Assembly: GCA_963698885.1 (NCBI GenBank)
Contig: CAVOSJ010000006.1
Coordinates: 325,186-389,185, forward strand
DNA from: Nitrospirota bacterium
Lineage (GTDB): Bacteria > Nitrospirota > JACRHJ01
Reading direction: 5' to 3'
Length of the DNA: 64,000 nucleotides
Below are positions 29,558 to 38,871 of this stretch, one piece after another. Position numbers and translations under genes: made by a program. The notes beneath the pieces are model-generated. The model saw only the letters and a program-made list of their open reading frames with translations, searched no databases and was not told the origin of the DNA. Numbering within the stretch: the stretch's first letter is position 1; every line of letters starts with the position of its first letter.

Positions 29558-30469
29558 CTATTTTATAAACGTACCCTTCTCGAACTCCTCGAATGCGACC
29601 CGCAGTTCTTCCCGCGTGTTCATCACGATGGGGCCGTACCATGCGACGGGCTCGCCGATAGGCTTGCCGGATATCAGCAGGAACCGGACCGGGCTATCTT
29701 GCGTGGTGATCGCGACTTCGTCCCCGTCCCCGTATAGGACGAGGTCCTTCGCGGCGCACTTGCACTTCTGCTTGAAGTCGAAATAATTTTCCCCTACCAC
29801 CTCGTGGGCGTAGGCGCTTCGCTCCGGGTCGAAATATCCCTCCCCCTCAACTATATAGGCGAAGACCTTGTACCCGGGCTTGAAGGCGCGGGTAAATGTC
29901 GTTTCCGCCGGTATGGTAACGTCCAGGTATTCAGGGTCCACGACGACATCTGTAACCGGCCCCGACACGTCCCCGACATGTCCGCAGATTATTTTAATCC
30001 GCACTCCGTCCTCGCTGGTTACCTCCGGGATGTCGCCGGCGGAAATCCCACGGTAGCGGGGCGCCATCATCTTCTGCTTTGCTGGCAGGTTCGCCCATAA
30101 CTGGAACCCCCACATAACGCCCGCGGCGTCTCCCTTCGGCATCTCCTGATGGATGATGCCGCTACCCGCCGTCATCCACTGCACGTCGCCGGGATGGATG
30201 ACACCGCTGTTGCCCATGCTGTCCCCATGCTCCACGCGGCCGTTATACATATATGTAATCGTCTCGATGCCCCGGTGCGGATGCCAGGGGAACCCCGGCA
30301 GGTACTCATCGGGAATAGCCGAATGAAAATCGTCCAGCAGCAGGAACGGGTCGAGCTGGGGCACCTGATTATTCCCGAACGCCCGCCGCAGATGCACCCC
30401 CGCCCCCTCGATTGTCGGCTTGCTCACCCATACCTGTTTTATTTTTCGGATTTTCATAGCTTCTCCCAT
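29558..30469 (-). CDS. pirin-family protein (bicupin)
   Basis: 303 aa; FPWHPHRGIETITYMYNGRVEHGDSMGN...HPGDVQWMTAGSGIIHQEMP. Confidence 0.9.
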   Translation of the reverse strand: MGEAMKIRKIKQVWVSKPTIEGAGVHLRRAFGNNQVPQLDPFLLLDDFHSAIPDEYLPGFPWHPHRGIETITYMYNGRVEHGDSMGNSGVIHPGDVQWMTAGSGIIHQEMPKGDAAGVMWGFQLWANLPAKQKMMAPRYRGISAGDIPEVTSEDGVRIKIICGHVGDVSGPVTDVVVDPEYLDVTIPAETTFTRAFKPGYKVFAYIVEGEGYFDPERSAYAHEVVGENYFDFKQKCKCAAKDLVLYGDGDEVAITTQDSPVRFLLISGKPIGEPVAWYGPIVMNTREELRVAFEEFEKGTFIK

Positions 30470-30644
30470 GTCAGCCCGTTTTGACCTCTGAACGTCCGCT
30501 ATTTAAATTTAACAGGTTTTTTCGGAATACGCATGGGCGGGGATGTTGCATAACGCGCGCGGGCGTATGAGAAAGAGAGGGGCGGTCAGATGCTTTGGTG
30601 CGGGTTTTTATTCCCGATTCTGAAACCGGCGTTAATGATGAGCT

Positions 30645-31134
30645 TTATTTGTCAGTAGCAGCTTCAAGTTGGTTTATTAAAAGTTCCCAATTATTACGAC
30701 TCATTTCATCTTCATGCATTTTTTGTAAAATTATCTCACGTCCGAATTCAAATTTTTCGCCTACGTCATTTTTTACGTAGTTTTGATTTGCTGCCGCAGC
30801 ATCTAATAGTTTAAAATCCATTTCAATTTCTTCAGGCTTCCGGAAGTTATTTTTTTTAACATGGATTAATAACTTATGAAATGCAGTTGTTGTAAATTTT
30901 TTCTTGCTGTCCCAGGATGTTAATAAAGAGATACCGAGTTTCATAAAAATAATCATCCATTAAAACTATCTCCTGTGTAAGAGCATCGAAATCAGCTCTT
31001 TTCATTTTTTTTCCAGTACGGGTATTATAGCTGTTAATTGCATCTTTAAAGTCATTAATATCATGTTCATTCAATTTATCCACCCGTGTCTTTGAGAATA
31101 CTTTAGATAATTTATCCATTTCTTCTGTATTCAA
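30645..31134 (-). CDS. hypothetical protein encoded in the low-GC island (about 163 aa); frame change at a homopolymer near 30895-30920
   Basis: ORFs 30874..31134 and 30645..30956 overlap in different frames across an A/T homopolymer; no family recognised. Confidence 0.5.
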
Positions 31135-31225
31135 CTTAGGATAATCGCAGAATCTTCTTTTGAAGAGGAATTCACAGGAGAGGAACTTTTATCGGAAAAA
31201 ATATAATAAGGCCAAACAACCCCTT

Positions 31226-31378
31226 TTAAAGTGGAAACAACCTCACCCAAAAAAACCATTTTACGAAGCCATTATCTCTTGCATATTGCCAATTAAATCG
31301 AGGTACAAACAGGGAGCAAGCGGCTATATAGAAAAAGAAAATAACGACAATTAATTTTCCGATTGGGTTGTTTGGCAT
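31226..31378 (-). CDS. candidate small hydrophobic peptide (50 aa: MPNNPIGKLIVVIFFFYIAACSLFVPRFNWQYARDNGFVKWFFWVRLFPL)
   Basis: below the ORF-track length cutoff; one predicted TM helix; start codon lies inside the right arm of a perfect 12-bp inverted repeat (31365-31376) whose partner (31212-31223) follows the stop. Confidence 0.25.
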   Translation of the reverse strand: MPNNPIGKLIVVIFFFYIAACSLFVPRFNWQYARDNGFVKWFFWVRLFPL

Positions 31379-31469
31379 AAGTCAAAACCTGTTTTATATT
31401 TGCTAACCCGCTAATGCCAAATATACCACTTCTTAAAAAAATGAAATTGGAGACAGGAATTCGGAACAG

Positions 31470-31800
31470 GTCCCTTATCTTTTCCGTTCTTAATAACCCC
31501 TCTTGCTTAATTGGGCTAAGCCATCATCGGTTCACATTTATTCAAAAAAAATAAAAAAATCGACAAATTTTTTACGGTATCGAATTCATGACATCTCCAC
31601 GCTCGGCACAATGCATTTTAGGGGGTCAGGGGCGGGTTTTTGAGACGTGAGTTTTTGGGGAAATGCAGAGATTTTCCCAGATTTTAAATAGGGTTACGCC
31701 ACTATACTGCGGCAATTCCGAAATCGGGTTTTGCATTTCGCAAGTCATTGAAAAGTAAGGAATATTTTTAGCGAAAAAATGCGAAAAAACGCCGGGATTT
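31470..31800 (-). repeat. ~300 bp non-coding module A, homologous to 49141-49435 (opposite strand)
   Basis: by-eye alignment of A against the reverse complement of B: shared blocks CGGTATCGAATTCATG, GGGGGTCAGGG, CCGATGATGGCTT(A/G)GCC, ATAAATGTG, CATTGAAAA(G/T)TAA(G/A)G(A/G); roughly 70 percent identity. Confidence 0.75.
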
Positions 31801-31837
31801 CCAATTTTTGGGGAAATTCTCGCCAAATTATTAACGC

Positions 31838-32813
31838 TCAGAATGACAGGTTCACGGCCTCCCGCACTTCCTCCATCGTCTCCCCCGCGACCTTGCGGGC
31901 GGTCTCTGCCCCGGCCTTCAGCATCTCACGCGTCTCGTCCTCACGGCCTGTCAGCGCGGCCCTTTTCTCCCGGAATGGCGCAAGGTAAGTGCTTAATATT
32001 TCGGCTAAATAGCTCTTGTGCTTCACGCAGCCAAGCCTTCCGGCCCGGCAGCCCTCATCGGCTAAAGGCGCGTCATTTGGCCCGAACGCCTTGTGGTAGT
32101 CCTGGACGGAGCAGATGTCCGGGTCGCCCGGGTCGGTCGCGTGGATTTTCTTAGGGTCCGTAATGAGTTGCATCACTTTCGGCTTCAATCTCTTCCGGCG
32201 GCTCGTCCAAAAAAATGGCGTTATTCAAGGACTTGGACATCTTCCGGCCGTCCGTGCCCGGCAGCTTCGGGGTCTGTGTCAGGAGCGCCTTCGGCTCCGG
32301 AAAAACCTGTTTATACCGATGGTTAAACGCCCTCGCGATCTCTCTGGCAAGCTCGATATGCGGGACCTGGTCAACCCCAACCGGCACCGCGCCCGCCTTG
32401 TATAACATTATGTCCGCCGCCTGAAGCACCGGGTATCCCATCAGGCCGTAGTTCACGCCATGTAAGTGCATGTCTTCAATCATGTTTTTTAGCGTCGGGT
32501 CCCGCTCCAGCCAGGGCATGGGGGTAATCATCCCGAAAAGGAGATAAAGCTCCGCATGCTCCTTCACATCGGACTGGACGAATACCGTCGAGCGGGAGAA
32601 ATCGATACCCAGCGCCCGCCAATCCAAAGCCATTTCCATAATGTTTTTAGGAAGTTCGGAGGTATCGGCGTAGGCGGTGGTCAGGGCGTGCCAGTCGGCG
32701 GCCATGAAAAAACATTCATACTCTTCCTGCAACGATAGCCAGTTGCCGAGCGCGCCGACTAAGTGCCCGATATGCAGTCTGCCGGTAGGCCGCATCCCGG
32801 ATAAGAGCCTCAT
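31838..32813 (-). CDS. trpS: tryptophan--tRNA ligase; one apparent frameshift near 32160-32190
   Basis: ORF 32151..32813 has class-I aaRS HIGH (TGRLHIGH) and KMSKS motifs; the C-terminal anticodon-binding part continues in ORF 31838..32188. Confidence 0.9.
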
Positions 32814-34480
32814 AAAGCAAAATCTCCCGCCTCCAGGTGTTCCTTTATGCGGTGCAGGAACTCATTCGCGGTCAAGCCGTCAACCACACGGTGGTCGTAG
32901 GAGAGCGCTATGTACATCATGGGCCGGATGGCGATGGCGTCCTCGCCGTCTTCCGCCGTAACTACCACGGCGCGCTTTACCAGCTCTCCCATCCGGAGTA
33001 TCCCCACCTGCGGCTGGCTGATTATCGGCGTCCCGAACAGGTTTCCATGCCTGCCGGGATTTGTCACGGTGAACGTCCCGCCTGCCATTTCGTCGGGGGT
33101 TATCTTTTTATCCCGCACTTTTACGGAAATCTCGGAGAGCGCCTTTGCCAAATCCAGCAGGGACATATCCTCCGCGCCCTTTATCACCGGGACCATCAGG
33201 CCCCGCTCGGAGTCCACGGCCACGCCCAGATTTATATGCCGCTTCGTAAGGATAGCATACCCCTGAACCACCGAATTCATCAGCGGGAACTCCTTCAAGG
33301 TCCTGATCGCCGCCGCCATGACGAAAGGCGTGTAAGTAAGGCTTATTCCCACTTCTGCCTTGATTTTATCTTTATTACGCTGTCGTATCCCCACTATATG
33401 TTCAAAATCGGCTTCCGTTATGGTCGTAACATGGGCCGACGTCCTTTTGCTGTAAACCATGTGGTCGGCGATTAATAGTCTGAGGCGCGAGAACGGAAGC
33501 TCCGCGTCACCCTCTTCTACTTCATAGGAAGGCGGCTTATATACCCCGTATCCTGCATGCATTTCAGGCGGGGGGGCCGACTCCAGAAGCTCTTCCTGCA
33601 CTATCCGGGGCGAAGGCGCCGGTTGACCGGCTTCGGACTTAATTTCTTTCCCTTCTCGCCTCTCTTTCTCCGGCTTTCCCCCTGCAGGCACCGTCTCTTC
33701 CGGCCCGGCCTTTTTCTCCGCGAGCACGCGCATAACGTCCGCCTTGGTTACCCGACCGCCTTCGCCGGTGCCTTTAATGGCCTTTAAATCCACGCCATGC
33801 TCCATAGCCAGGCGCATGACCGCAGGCGAGTAAAACCCGGACTTATCTGTGATCGCTCCCGCTGCTGCCTCAGGTTCCGGTACCTCCCGTTTTATCTCCG
33901 GCGGGGGGGTCAACTCCTCTTCGGGCCGGGTTTCCCGCTTTGCCTCGACGGCAGGGATTCCTTCCGCACGCGCGGGATGCTCCGACGGGCCGTCTCTTTT
34001 TATCGCCATCTCCGGCGGTTTGCCCTCTACAGTGGTCTTTGCCTCCGAGGTCTCTTGCGGAGGCGCAGTCTCTACCTTCGCGGTCTCAACCTTTTTTTCT
34101 ATTTCCGAACCAGGAACGCCTTCGGCAGGCTTCATGGCTTCCGGTTTCTCAGGCACGGCCTCTTCCGGCTTCGCGGCCTCCGGCGTTTCTGGTTTTTTGG
34201 GCTCCATAGCTCCCGGTTTAGGAGCATCTTTCCCCACTACCGCCGGTTTTTCATCAATCCTCGCTATTAACGCTCCCACTTGTATCGTTTCGCCCTCTTT
34301 GGCGATTATCTCCGTAAGGACGCCGGAAACGGGCGACGGGACATCCACGTCCGCCTTGTCCGTGGAGACCGTCACCAACGGATCATCGGCTTTTACCTTC
34401 TGCCCCTCATCCACCAGCCAGACGGATATCGTCCCTTCGGCTATGCTCTCCCCCATCTGGGGCATCTTTACGTCGGTCAT
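32810..34480 (-). CDS. 2-oxoacid dehydrogenase E2 component (dihydrolipoamide acyltransferase) with long Pro/Glu/Ala-rich linker
   Basis: N-terminal lipoyl domain (VSTDKADVDVPSPVSG), E3-binding domain, C-terminal catalytic domain with DHRVVDG motif. Confidence 0.9.
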   Translation of the reverse strand: MTDVKMPQMGESIAEGTISVWLVDEGQKVKADDPLVTVSTDKADVDVPSPVSGVLTEIIAKEGETIQVGALIARIDEKPAVVGKDAPKPGAMEPKKPETPEAAKPEEAVPEKPEAMKPAEGVPGSEIEKKVETAKVETAPPQETSEAKTTVEGKPPEMAIKRDGPSEHPARAEGIPAVEAKRETRPEEELTPPPEIKREVPEPEAAAGAITDKSGFYSPAVMRLAMEHGVDLKAIKGTGEGGRVTKADVMRVLAEKKAGPEETVPAGGKPEKERREGKEIKSEAGQPAPSPRIVQEELLESAPPPEMHAGYGVYKPPSYEVEEGDAELPFSRLRLLIADHMVYSKRTSAHVTTITEADFEHIVGIRQRNKDKIKAEVGISLTYTPFVMAAAIRTLKEFPLMNSVVQGYAILTKRHINLGVAVDSERGLMVPVIKGAEDMSLLDLAKALSEISVKVRDKKITPDEMAGGTFTVTNPGRHGNLFGTPIISQPQVGILRMGELVKRAVVVTAEDGEDAIAIRPMMYIALSYDHRVVDGLTANEFLHRIKEHLEAGDFAL

Positions 34481-34944
34481 TTTGGCACCTTACAGATTCT
34501 TCTTTGCCAACCGTTTCGAGTTAATTTCCGATGTGATCACTGTCATTATGATTGCTCCAAGGAACGCCGTGTGCGATTTTGTCCAATGGTATAAATTTTA
34601 TTCAGGCCACTCTCATCGCGATATTTTCTGCAACAATAGTCTCTTGCAAATATCAAAATCCATAAACCTCCGTTCACGTGACCATATATCATCTCCTTAT
34701 TTTTAAGATATGAGGGTAATTCTTTGACACCCTCTTTGCCTTAATATCTTATCATTAATATTCCAAGCAGAAGAAACTTCGCAAAATATGCTACCTTATC
34801 CTTTAGCGTCATGGCCACGAAATAGGATAATACTCTCTTCTATCCAGCTTGCTTCTCAACTCGATACTGAGGGCATTTATAACAACATGCGGCCATTCGC
34901 CAAGTAATTCATTACGATTGTCTTCATGTATATCCAAATGCTCC

Positions 34945-35922
34945 TTAATATCCCGCCAGTTTCCGCGCCGCCGCAAGGACCTTGTCCTTGTTCGGCAGGA
35001 TGTACTCCTCCATCGGCCCGGCGAAGGCGTTATGCGTATCCTTCGAGCCTACGCGCATTACTGGCGCATCGAGGTACTCGAATGCGTTCTCCATGATTAT
35101 CGCCGAGACCTCGCCTCCGATGCCGCCGGTCAACCGGTCCTCGTGGACTATCAGCACCTTGCCCGTCTTCTTCGCGCAGGAGAGTATCGCCTGCCTGTCC
35201 AGCGGCAGGAGCGTCCGCAAATCCAGCACCTCGGACGATACGCCTTCCTTCTCCAGTTCTTCAGCCGCCGCGAGGCAGAGGTAGAGCGCGGAGCCGTAGG
35301 TGATGAAGCAGATGTCGTCGCCCTCGCGCCGGAGCGCCGCCTCTCCAATTGGGACGATATAGCTGTCCTCGGGAATATCCTCCTTTATGCGCCGGTACAG
35401 GAACTTGTGCTCGAAGTACACTACCGGATCGTCGTCCTGAATTGCGGCGATAAGGAGCCCCTTGGCGTCGAATGCCGTCGCGGGCGCGACGACTTTAAGC
35501 CCTGGCACGCGCGTGAACCAGGCCTCCGGGTTCTGCGAATGGAACAGCCCGCCCCGCACGCCGCTACCGGACGGGCAACGGACCACCATCGGGCATTTGG
35601 CCTTCCCGCCGTGCCTGTACCGAAGTGTCGCCGCCATGTTCACGAGCTGGTCGAACCCGCAGGAGATGAAATCCGCGAACTGCATCTCCGCCACCGGCCG
35701 CATCCCGGCGATAGCAAGCCCGACCGATGCGCCGTTGATGAGAGATTCGGAAATAGGGGTATCGATTACCCGCTCCGGGCCGAACTCCTCGAACAGCCCC
35801 TCCGTGGCCAGAAACGCCCCGCCCAGCGCGGCAATGTCCTCGCCCAGGAGCACGACGTCAGAGTCCAGCCGCATGGACTGCCGGAGCGCTTCGTTAATCG
35901 CTTTTATGTAAGTCAGTTCCAT
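34945..35922 (-). CDS. 2-oxoacid dehydrogenase E1 component beta subunit (transketolase-like)
   Basis: 325 aa; MELTYIKAINEALRQSM...VVLLGEDIA...typical E1-beta. Confidence 0.9.
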   Translation of the reverse strand: MELTYIKAINEALRQSMRLDSDVVLLGEDIAALGGAFLATEGLFEEFGPERVIDTPISESLINGASVGLAIAGMRPVAEMQFADFISCGFDQLVNMAATLRYRHGGKAKCPMVVRCPSGSGVRGGLFHSQNPEAWFTRVPGLKVVAPATAFDAKGLLIAAIQDDDPVVYFEHKFLYRRIKEDIPEDSYIVPIGEAALRREGDDICFITYGSALYLCLAAAEELEKEGVSSEVLDLRTLLPLDRQAILSCAKKTGKVLIVHEDRLTGGIGGEVSAIIMENAFEYLDAPVMRVGSKDTHNAFAGPMEEYILPNKDKVLAAARKLAGY

Positions 35923-35932
35923 TAAAACCTTT

Positions 35933-36027
35933 GTACTTTTCTTTCGGGAAAGAAAAGTACCAAAAGAAAGCTGGGCTTAAAAACAGTCCAAAAGTTTTTG
36001 GCGTTACCTTTTTCCCAAAAAGGTAAC
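35933..36027. repeat. mosaic palindromic intergenic repeat, copy 8 (inverse module order: R - linker - P)
   Basis: GTACTTTTCTTTC-GG-GAAAGAAAAGTAC ... AAAAGTTTTTGGC GTTACCTTTTTCCCAAAAAGGTAAC. Confidence 0.9.
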
Positions 36028-36031
36028 GAAT

Positions 36032-37000
36032 TTATACCGGCGTCGCGTACAGCCCCTCCATCGCCTCCGGGCCGTCCGGCTCCGGGGAGTATTCCGCGAA
36101 TTTCACCGCCTCGTCCACCACCGCCTTTACTTTGGCGCCCGTCTCTTCCATTATTTTCGCCACGTCGTACCCTTTCTTTTCGAGGAAGAACTCGTAGCGC
36201 TGGATGGGGTCGCGGCTTTCCCACTCGATAAGCTCCTCCTTCGCCCGGTACGAGGCCATGTCGTGTTCGCTGTGGCCGGAGTAGCGGTAGGTCTTGCATT
36301 CGATCAGCTCCGGTCCCTCGCCACGCCTCGCCTGGTCGATTGCATGCTCCACCGCGCGCAGGACGGCAAAGAGGTCGTTGCCGCTGCACACGTGCCCATG
36401 AAAGCCGTATCCGGCCGCCCTGTCCGCCACGTCCTCTACCGCCATCTGATTGGATTGGGGCGTGGAAAAAGCGTAGAAGTTGTTCTCGCAGACGAAAACG
36501 ACGGGGAGCTTATGGACGCCGGCGAAGTTCAGCGCTTCGTGGAAATCGCCCCTGGAGGACGCGCCCTCGCCGAAAAAGGCGACGACTACCCGCGGCTCCT
36601 TCCTGATTTTAAACTTCAAGGCGACACCGCAGGCGACCGGCAGGGACGAGGCAAGCATGGAGGTGGAGCCGACTACACCGTTCTCCAGGACGCCGGCGTG
36701 CAGGAACGAGTCCCTGCCCCCGGAGAAGCCCGTCTTTTTGCCCATTATCTGGGCCATCAGGAGGTTCGGGTCAACGCCCTTTACGAGGAACGCGCCCAGG
36801 TCGCGGTGCAGAGGGAAGATGAAATCGTCGGGCTTCAGTCTATAAACCGAACCGACGACTACAGCCTCCTGACCGAGGCCGGAGTAAACGCCGCCCGGTA
36901 TCTTACCCTGGTGGTGTAACTTGGAGACCCTGTCCTCAAACTCACGGACGAGGCGAAGGTGGTAATAGAGATCGAGGTCCTGGTCCACACGCCTCCTCAC
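36032..37000 (-). CDS. 2-oxoacid dehydrogenase E1 component alpha subunit (TPP-dependent)
   Basis: 322 aa; TPP-binding blocks (GEGASSRGDFHEALNFA...) typical of E1-alpha. Confidence 0.9.
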   Translation of the reverse strand: MRRRVDQDLDLYYHLRLVREFEDRVSKLHHQGKIPGGVYSGLGQEAVVVGSVYRLKPDDFIFPLHRDLGAFLVKGVDPNLLMAQIMGKKTGFSGGRDSFLHAGVLENGVVGSTSMLASSLPVACGVALKFKIRKEPRVVVAFFGEGASSRGDFHEALNFAGVHKLPVVFVCENNFYAFSTPQSNQMAVEDVADRAAGYGFHGHVCSGNDLFAVLRAVEHAIDQARRGEGPELIECKTYRYSGHSEHDMASYRAKEELIEWESRDPIQRYEFFLEKKGYDVAKIMEETGAKVKAVVDEAVKFAEYSPEPDGPEAMEGLYATPV

Positions 37001-37492
37001 TCACGCCAATTTAAATCCTTTATTCTTTTTGAGGTACGGGACCAGTCCACCCGCCTCGAGGATATCCGTCATAACCTGGGGCATCGGCGGGAACGGCAGC
37101 TCGATACCCTTGGTCTTATCCCTTAATACCCCGGCTTTAAGGTCCAGCTCGAGCTCGTCCCCGTCCTCTATCTGGTCGGTATCAACGCGTACAGCCGGCA
37201 TGCCGATATTTATGCAGTTCCGGAAGAAAATCCGGGCGAAGGACTTGGCGGCGACACATGAGGTCCCGGCCATTTTTATAATCACCGGGGCATGCTCGCG
37301 GGAGGAGCCCATGCCGAAATTTGTCCCGCCCACGACGAAGTCGCCGGGTTTTACCTGGGCCCTGAACTCGTCGCGTGCGTCCTCCAGGACGTGCTTGGTA
37401 AGCTCCGGCAGGTTCGTCCTCAGGTACGCGTACCGGCCAGCCGCGATTAAGTCAGTGCTTATATTGTCCCCGAACTTCCAGGCCCTTCCCAT
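37001..37492 (-). CDS. leuD: aconitase-family dehydratase small subunit (LeuD-like 3-isopropylmalate/homoaconitate dehydratase)
   Basis: 163 aa swivel-domain protein immediately downstream of the large subunit. Confidence 0.75.
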   Translation of the reverse strand: MGRAWKFGDNISTDLIAAGRYAYLRTNLPELTKHVLEDARDEFRAQVKPGDFVVGGTNFGMGSSREHAPVIIKMAGTSCVAAKSFARIFFRNCINIGMPAVRVDTDQIEDGDELELDLKAGVLRDKTKGIELPFPPMPQVMTDILEAGGLVPYLKKNKGFKLA

Positions 37493-37506
37493 GGAACCTC
37501 CAGACC

Positions 37507-37604
37507 GTTACCTTTTTGGAAAAAGGTAACGCCAAAAACTTTTGGACTGTTTTAAGCCCGGCTTTCTTTTGTGTTACTTTTCTTTCACCCGAAAGAAAAG
37601 TAAC
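37507..37604. repeat. mosaic palindromic intergenic repeat, copy 9 (between large and small dehydratase subunits)
   Basis: GTTACCTTTTTGGAAAAAGGTAAC GCCAAAAACTTTT ... GTTACTTTTCTTTC-ACCC-GAAAGAAAAGTAAC. Confidence 0.9.
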
Positions 37605-37607
37605 GGT

Positions 37608-38867
37608 TTATATATATTTTCTTGGGTCGGCAAGCTTCCCTTCGATGGCGGAGGCCGCGACCAGCGCGGGCGAGGCAAGGTAAACGAATGACTTGGGGTT
37701 TCCCATCCTGCCCTTGAAGTTCCGGTTTATGGAGGCGGCGCAGTTCTCGCCGTCGCCCAGGATACCTTCATGGCTTCCGGGGCATGCCCCGCATCCCGGC
37801 GAATTGATTACGCCGCCCGCATCCAGGAATATATCCATAAGACCTTCGGCCATCATCTTTCGATAGACGCTCTTGGTGCCCGGTGTTACGACGAGCCTTG
37901 AGCCGGGGGCGACATGCCTTCCCTTCAGCACCCTGGCCGCCGCCTCGAAATCCTCGAAATAACCGTTGGTCGTAGAGCCAAGGTACGCCTGCTGGATCGG
38001 GACGTCTTTGCAGTCCGGGTGCGAGATGGGCCTCGTGTTGTCCACCATGTGTGGGAAAGAGACCATCGGCTCAAGGCTGCCCGCGTCTATCTTGACTTCC
38101 CTGACGTACTTCGCGCCGGGGTCGCCCTTTATCTCCTTGAAATCACTCTCGCGCTTATTCTCGCGGAGCCAGTCCAGGGTATGCCCGTCCGATTCGAACA
38201 GGCCGCACTTCCCGCCGGCTTCCACGGCCATCGACGAAATAGTCGTCCTTCCGGGGATGGATAACCCCTCGATGGTATCCCCGAAGAACTCAAGGGACTG
38301 GTATGTCGCGCCGTCCGCGCCGATTAAGCCGATAAGGTAGAGGATGATGTCCTTGGAATATACCCCCGGCGAAAGCTTCCCGGTGACTTCCACCCGGATT
38401 GCCTCCGGGCACAGCATCCAGGTCTCGCCTGTGGCCATGGCGACCGCGATGTCAGTCGAGCCCATGCCGGTGGCGAAGGCACCCAATGCGCCGCCCTGGC
38501 AGGTATGGGAGTCCGCCCCGACCATCAGCATGCCGGGTGACGTGACCTGCTCGCCCAGGACCAGGTGGCTCACCCCGCCGCCTATGTCGGAGAGCATGCA
38601 GCCGGAGTCCCTGGCGTACTCGCGGAGCTTGACGTGCCCGGTGGAGACTTCCTTGAAGGAAGACGGGGAGGCGTGGTCTATAAATACGGCGGTATGGGAG
38701 GGGACTTTTGCAAGTCCCGCTCCCAGTTCCACAATCTTGTCAACCGTCAGGGGGCCGGTCCAGTCCTGCACGTAGGCGAAATCTACCTTCACCACGGTCA
38801 GCTCGCCTGCGTGTACCTCGTGCCCCGCATGCATGGAGATAAGTTTTTCAGCCAGGGTCAGCGGCAT
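37608..38867 (-). CDS. leuC: aconitase-family dehydratase large subunit (LeuC-like)
   Basis: about 420 aa; Fe-S ligand cysteines (CGACPGS region), aconitase fold blocks; start set at internal ATG 38867. Confidence 0.8.
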   Translation of the reverse strand: MPLTLAEKLISMHAGHEVHAGELTVVKVDFAYVQDWTGPLTVDKIVELGAGLAKVPSHTAVFIDHASPSSFKEVSTGHVKLREYARDSGCMLSDIGGGVSHLVLGEQVTSPGMLMVGADSHTCQGGALGAFATGMGSTDIAVAMATGETWMLCPEAIRVEVTGKLSPGVYSKDIILYLIGLIGADGATYQSLEFFGDTIEGLSIPGRTTISSMAVEAGGKCGLFESDGHTLDWLRENKRESDFKEIKGDPGAKYVREVKIDAGSLEPMVSFPHMVDNTRPISHPDCKDVPIQQAYLGSTTNGYFEDFEAAARVLKGRHVAPGSRLVVTPGTKSVYRKMMAEGLMDIFLDAGGVINSPGCGACPGSHEGILGDGENCAASINRNFKGRMGNPKSFVYLASPALVAASAIEGKLADPRKYI

Positions 38868-38871
38868 ATTC

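Larger units (their letters stand above)
30600..31835. mobile_element. low-GC island between pirin and trpS (no recombinase); carries a hypothetical gene, a small hydrophobic ORF and the ~300 bp module shared with the R-M cassette
   Basis: visibly AT-rich relative to flanks; shares a non-coding module with the R-M cassette at 49141-49435. Confidence 0.4.

Noticed and set aside
31160-31354. 64-aa Lys-rich plus-strand ORF in the low-GC island
   Set aside because: Lies antisense to the 50-codon hydrophobic ORF and inside the inverted-repeat-bracketed segment; its composition is what AT-rich DNA yields by chance. It may mark an antisense RNA rather than a protein.
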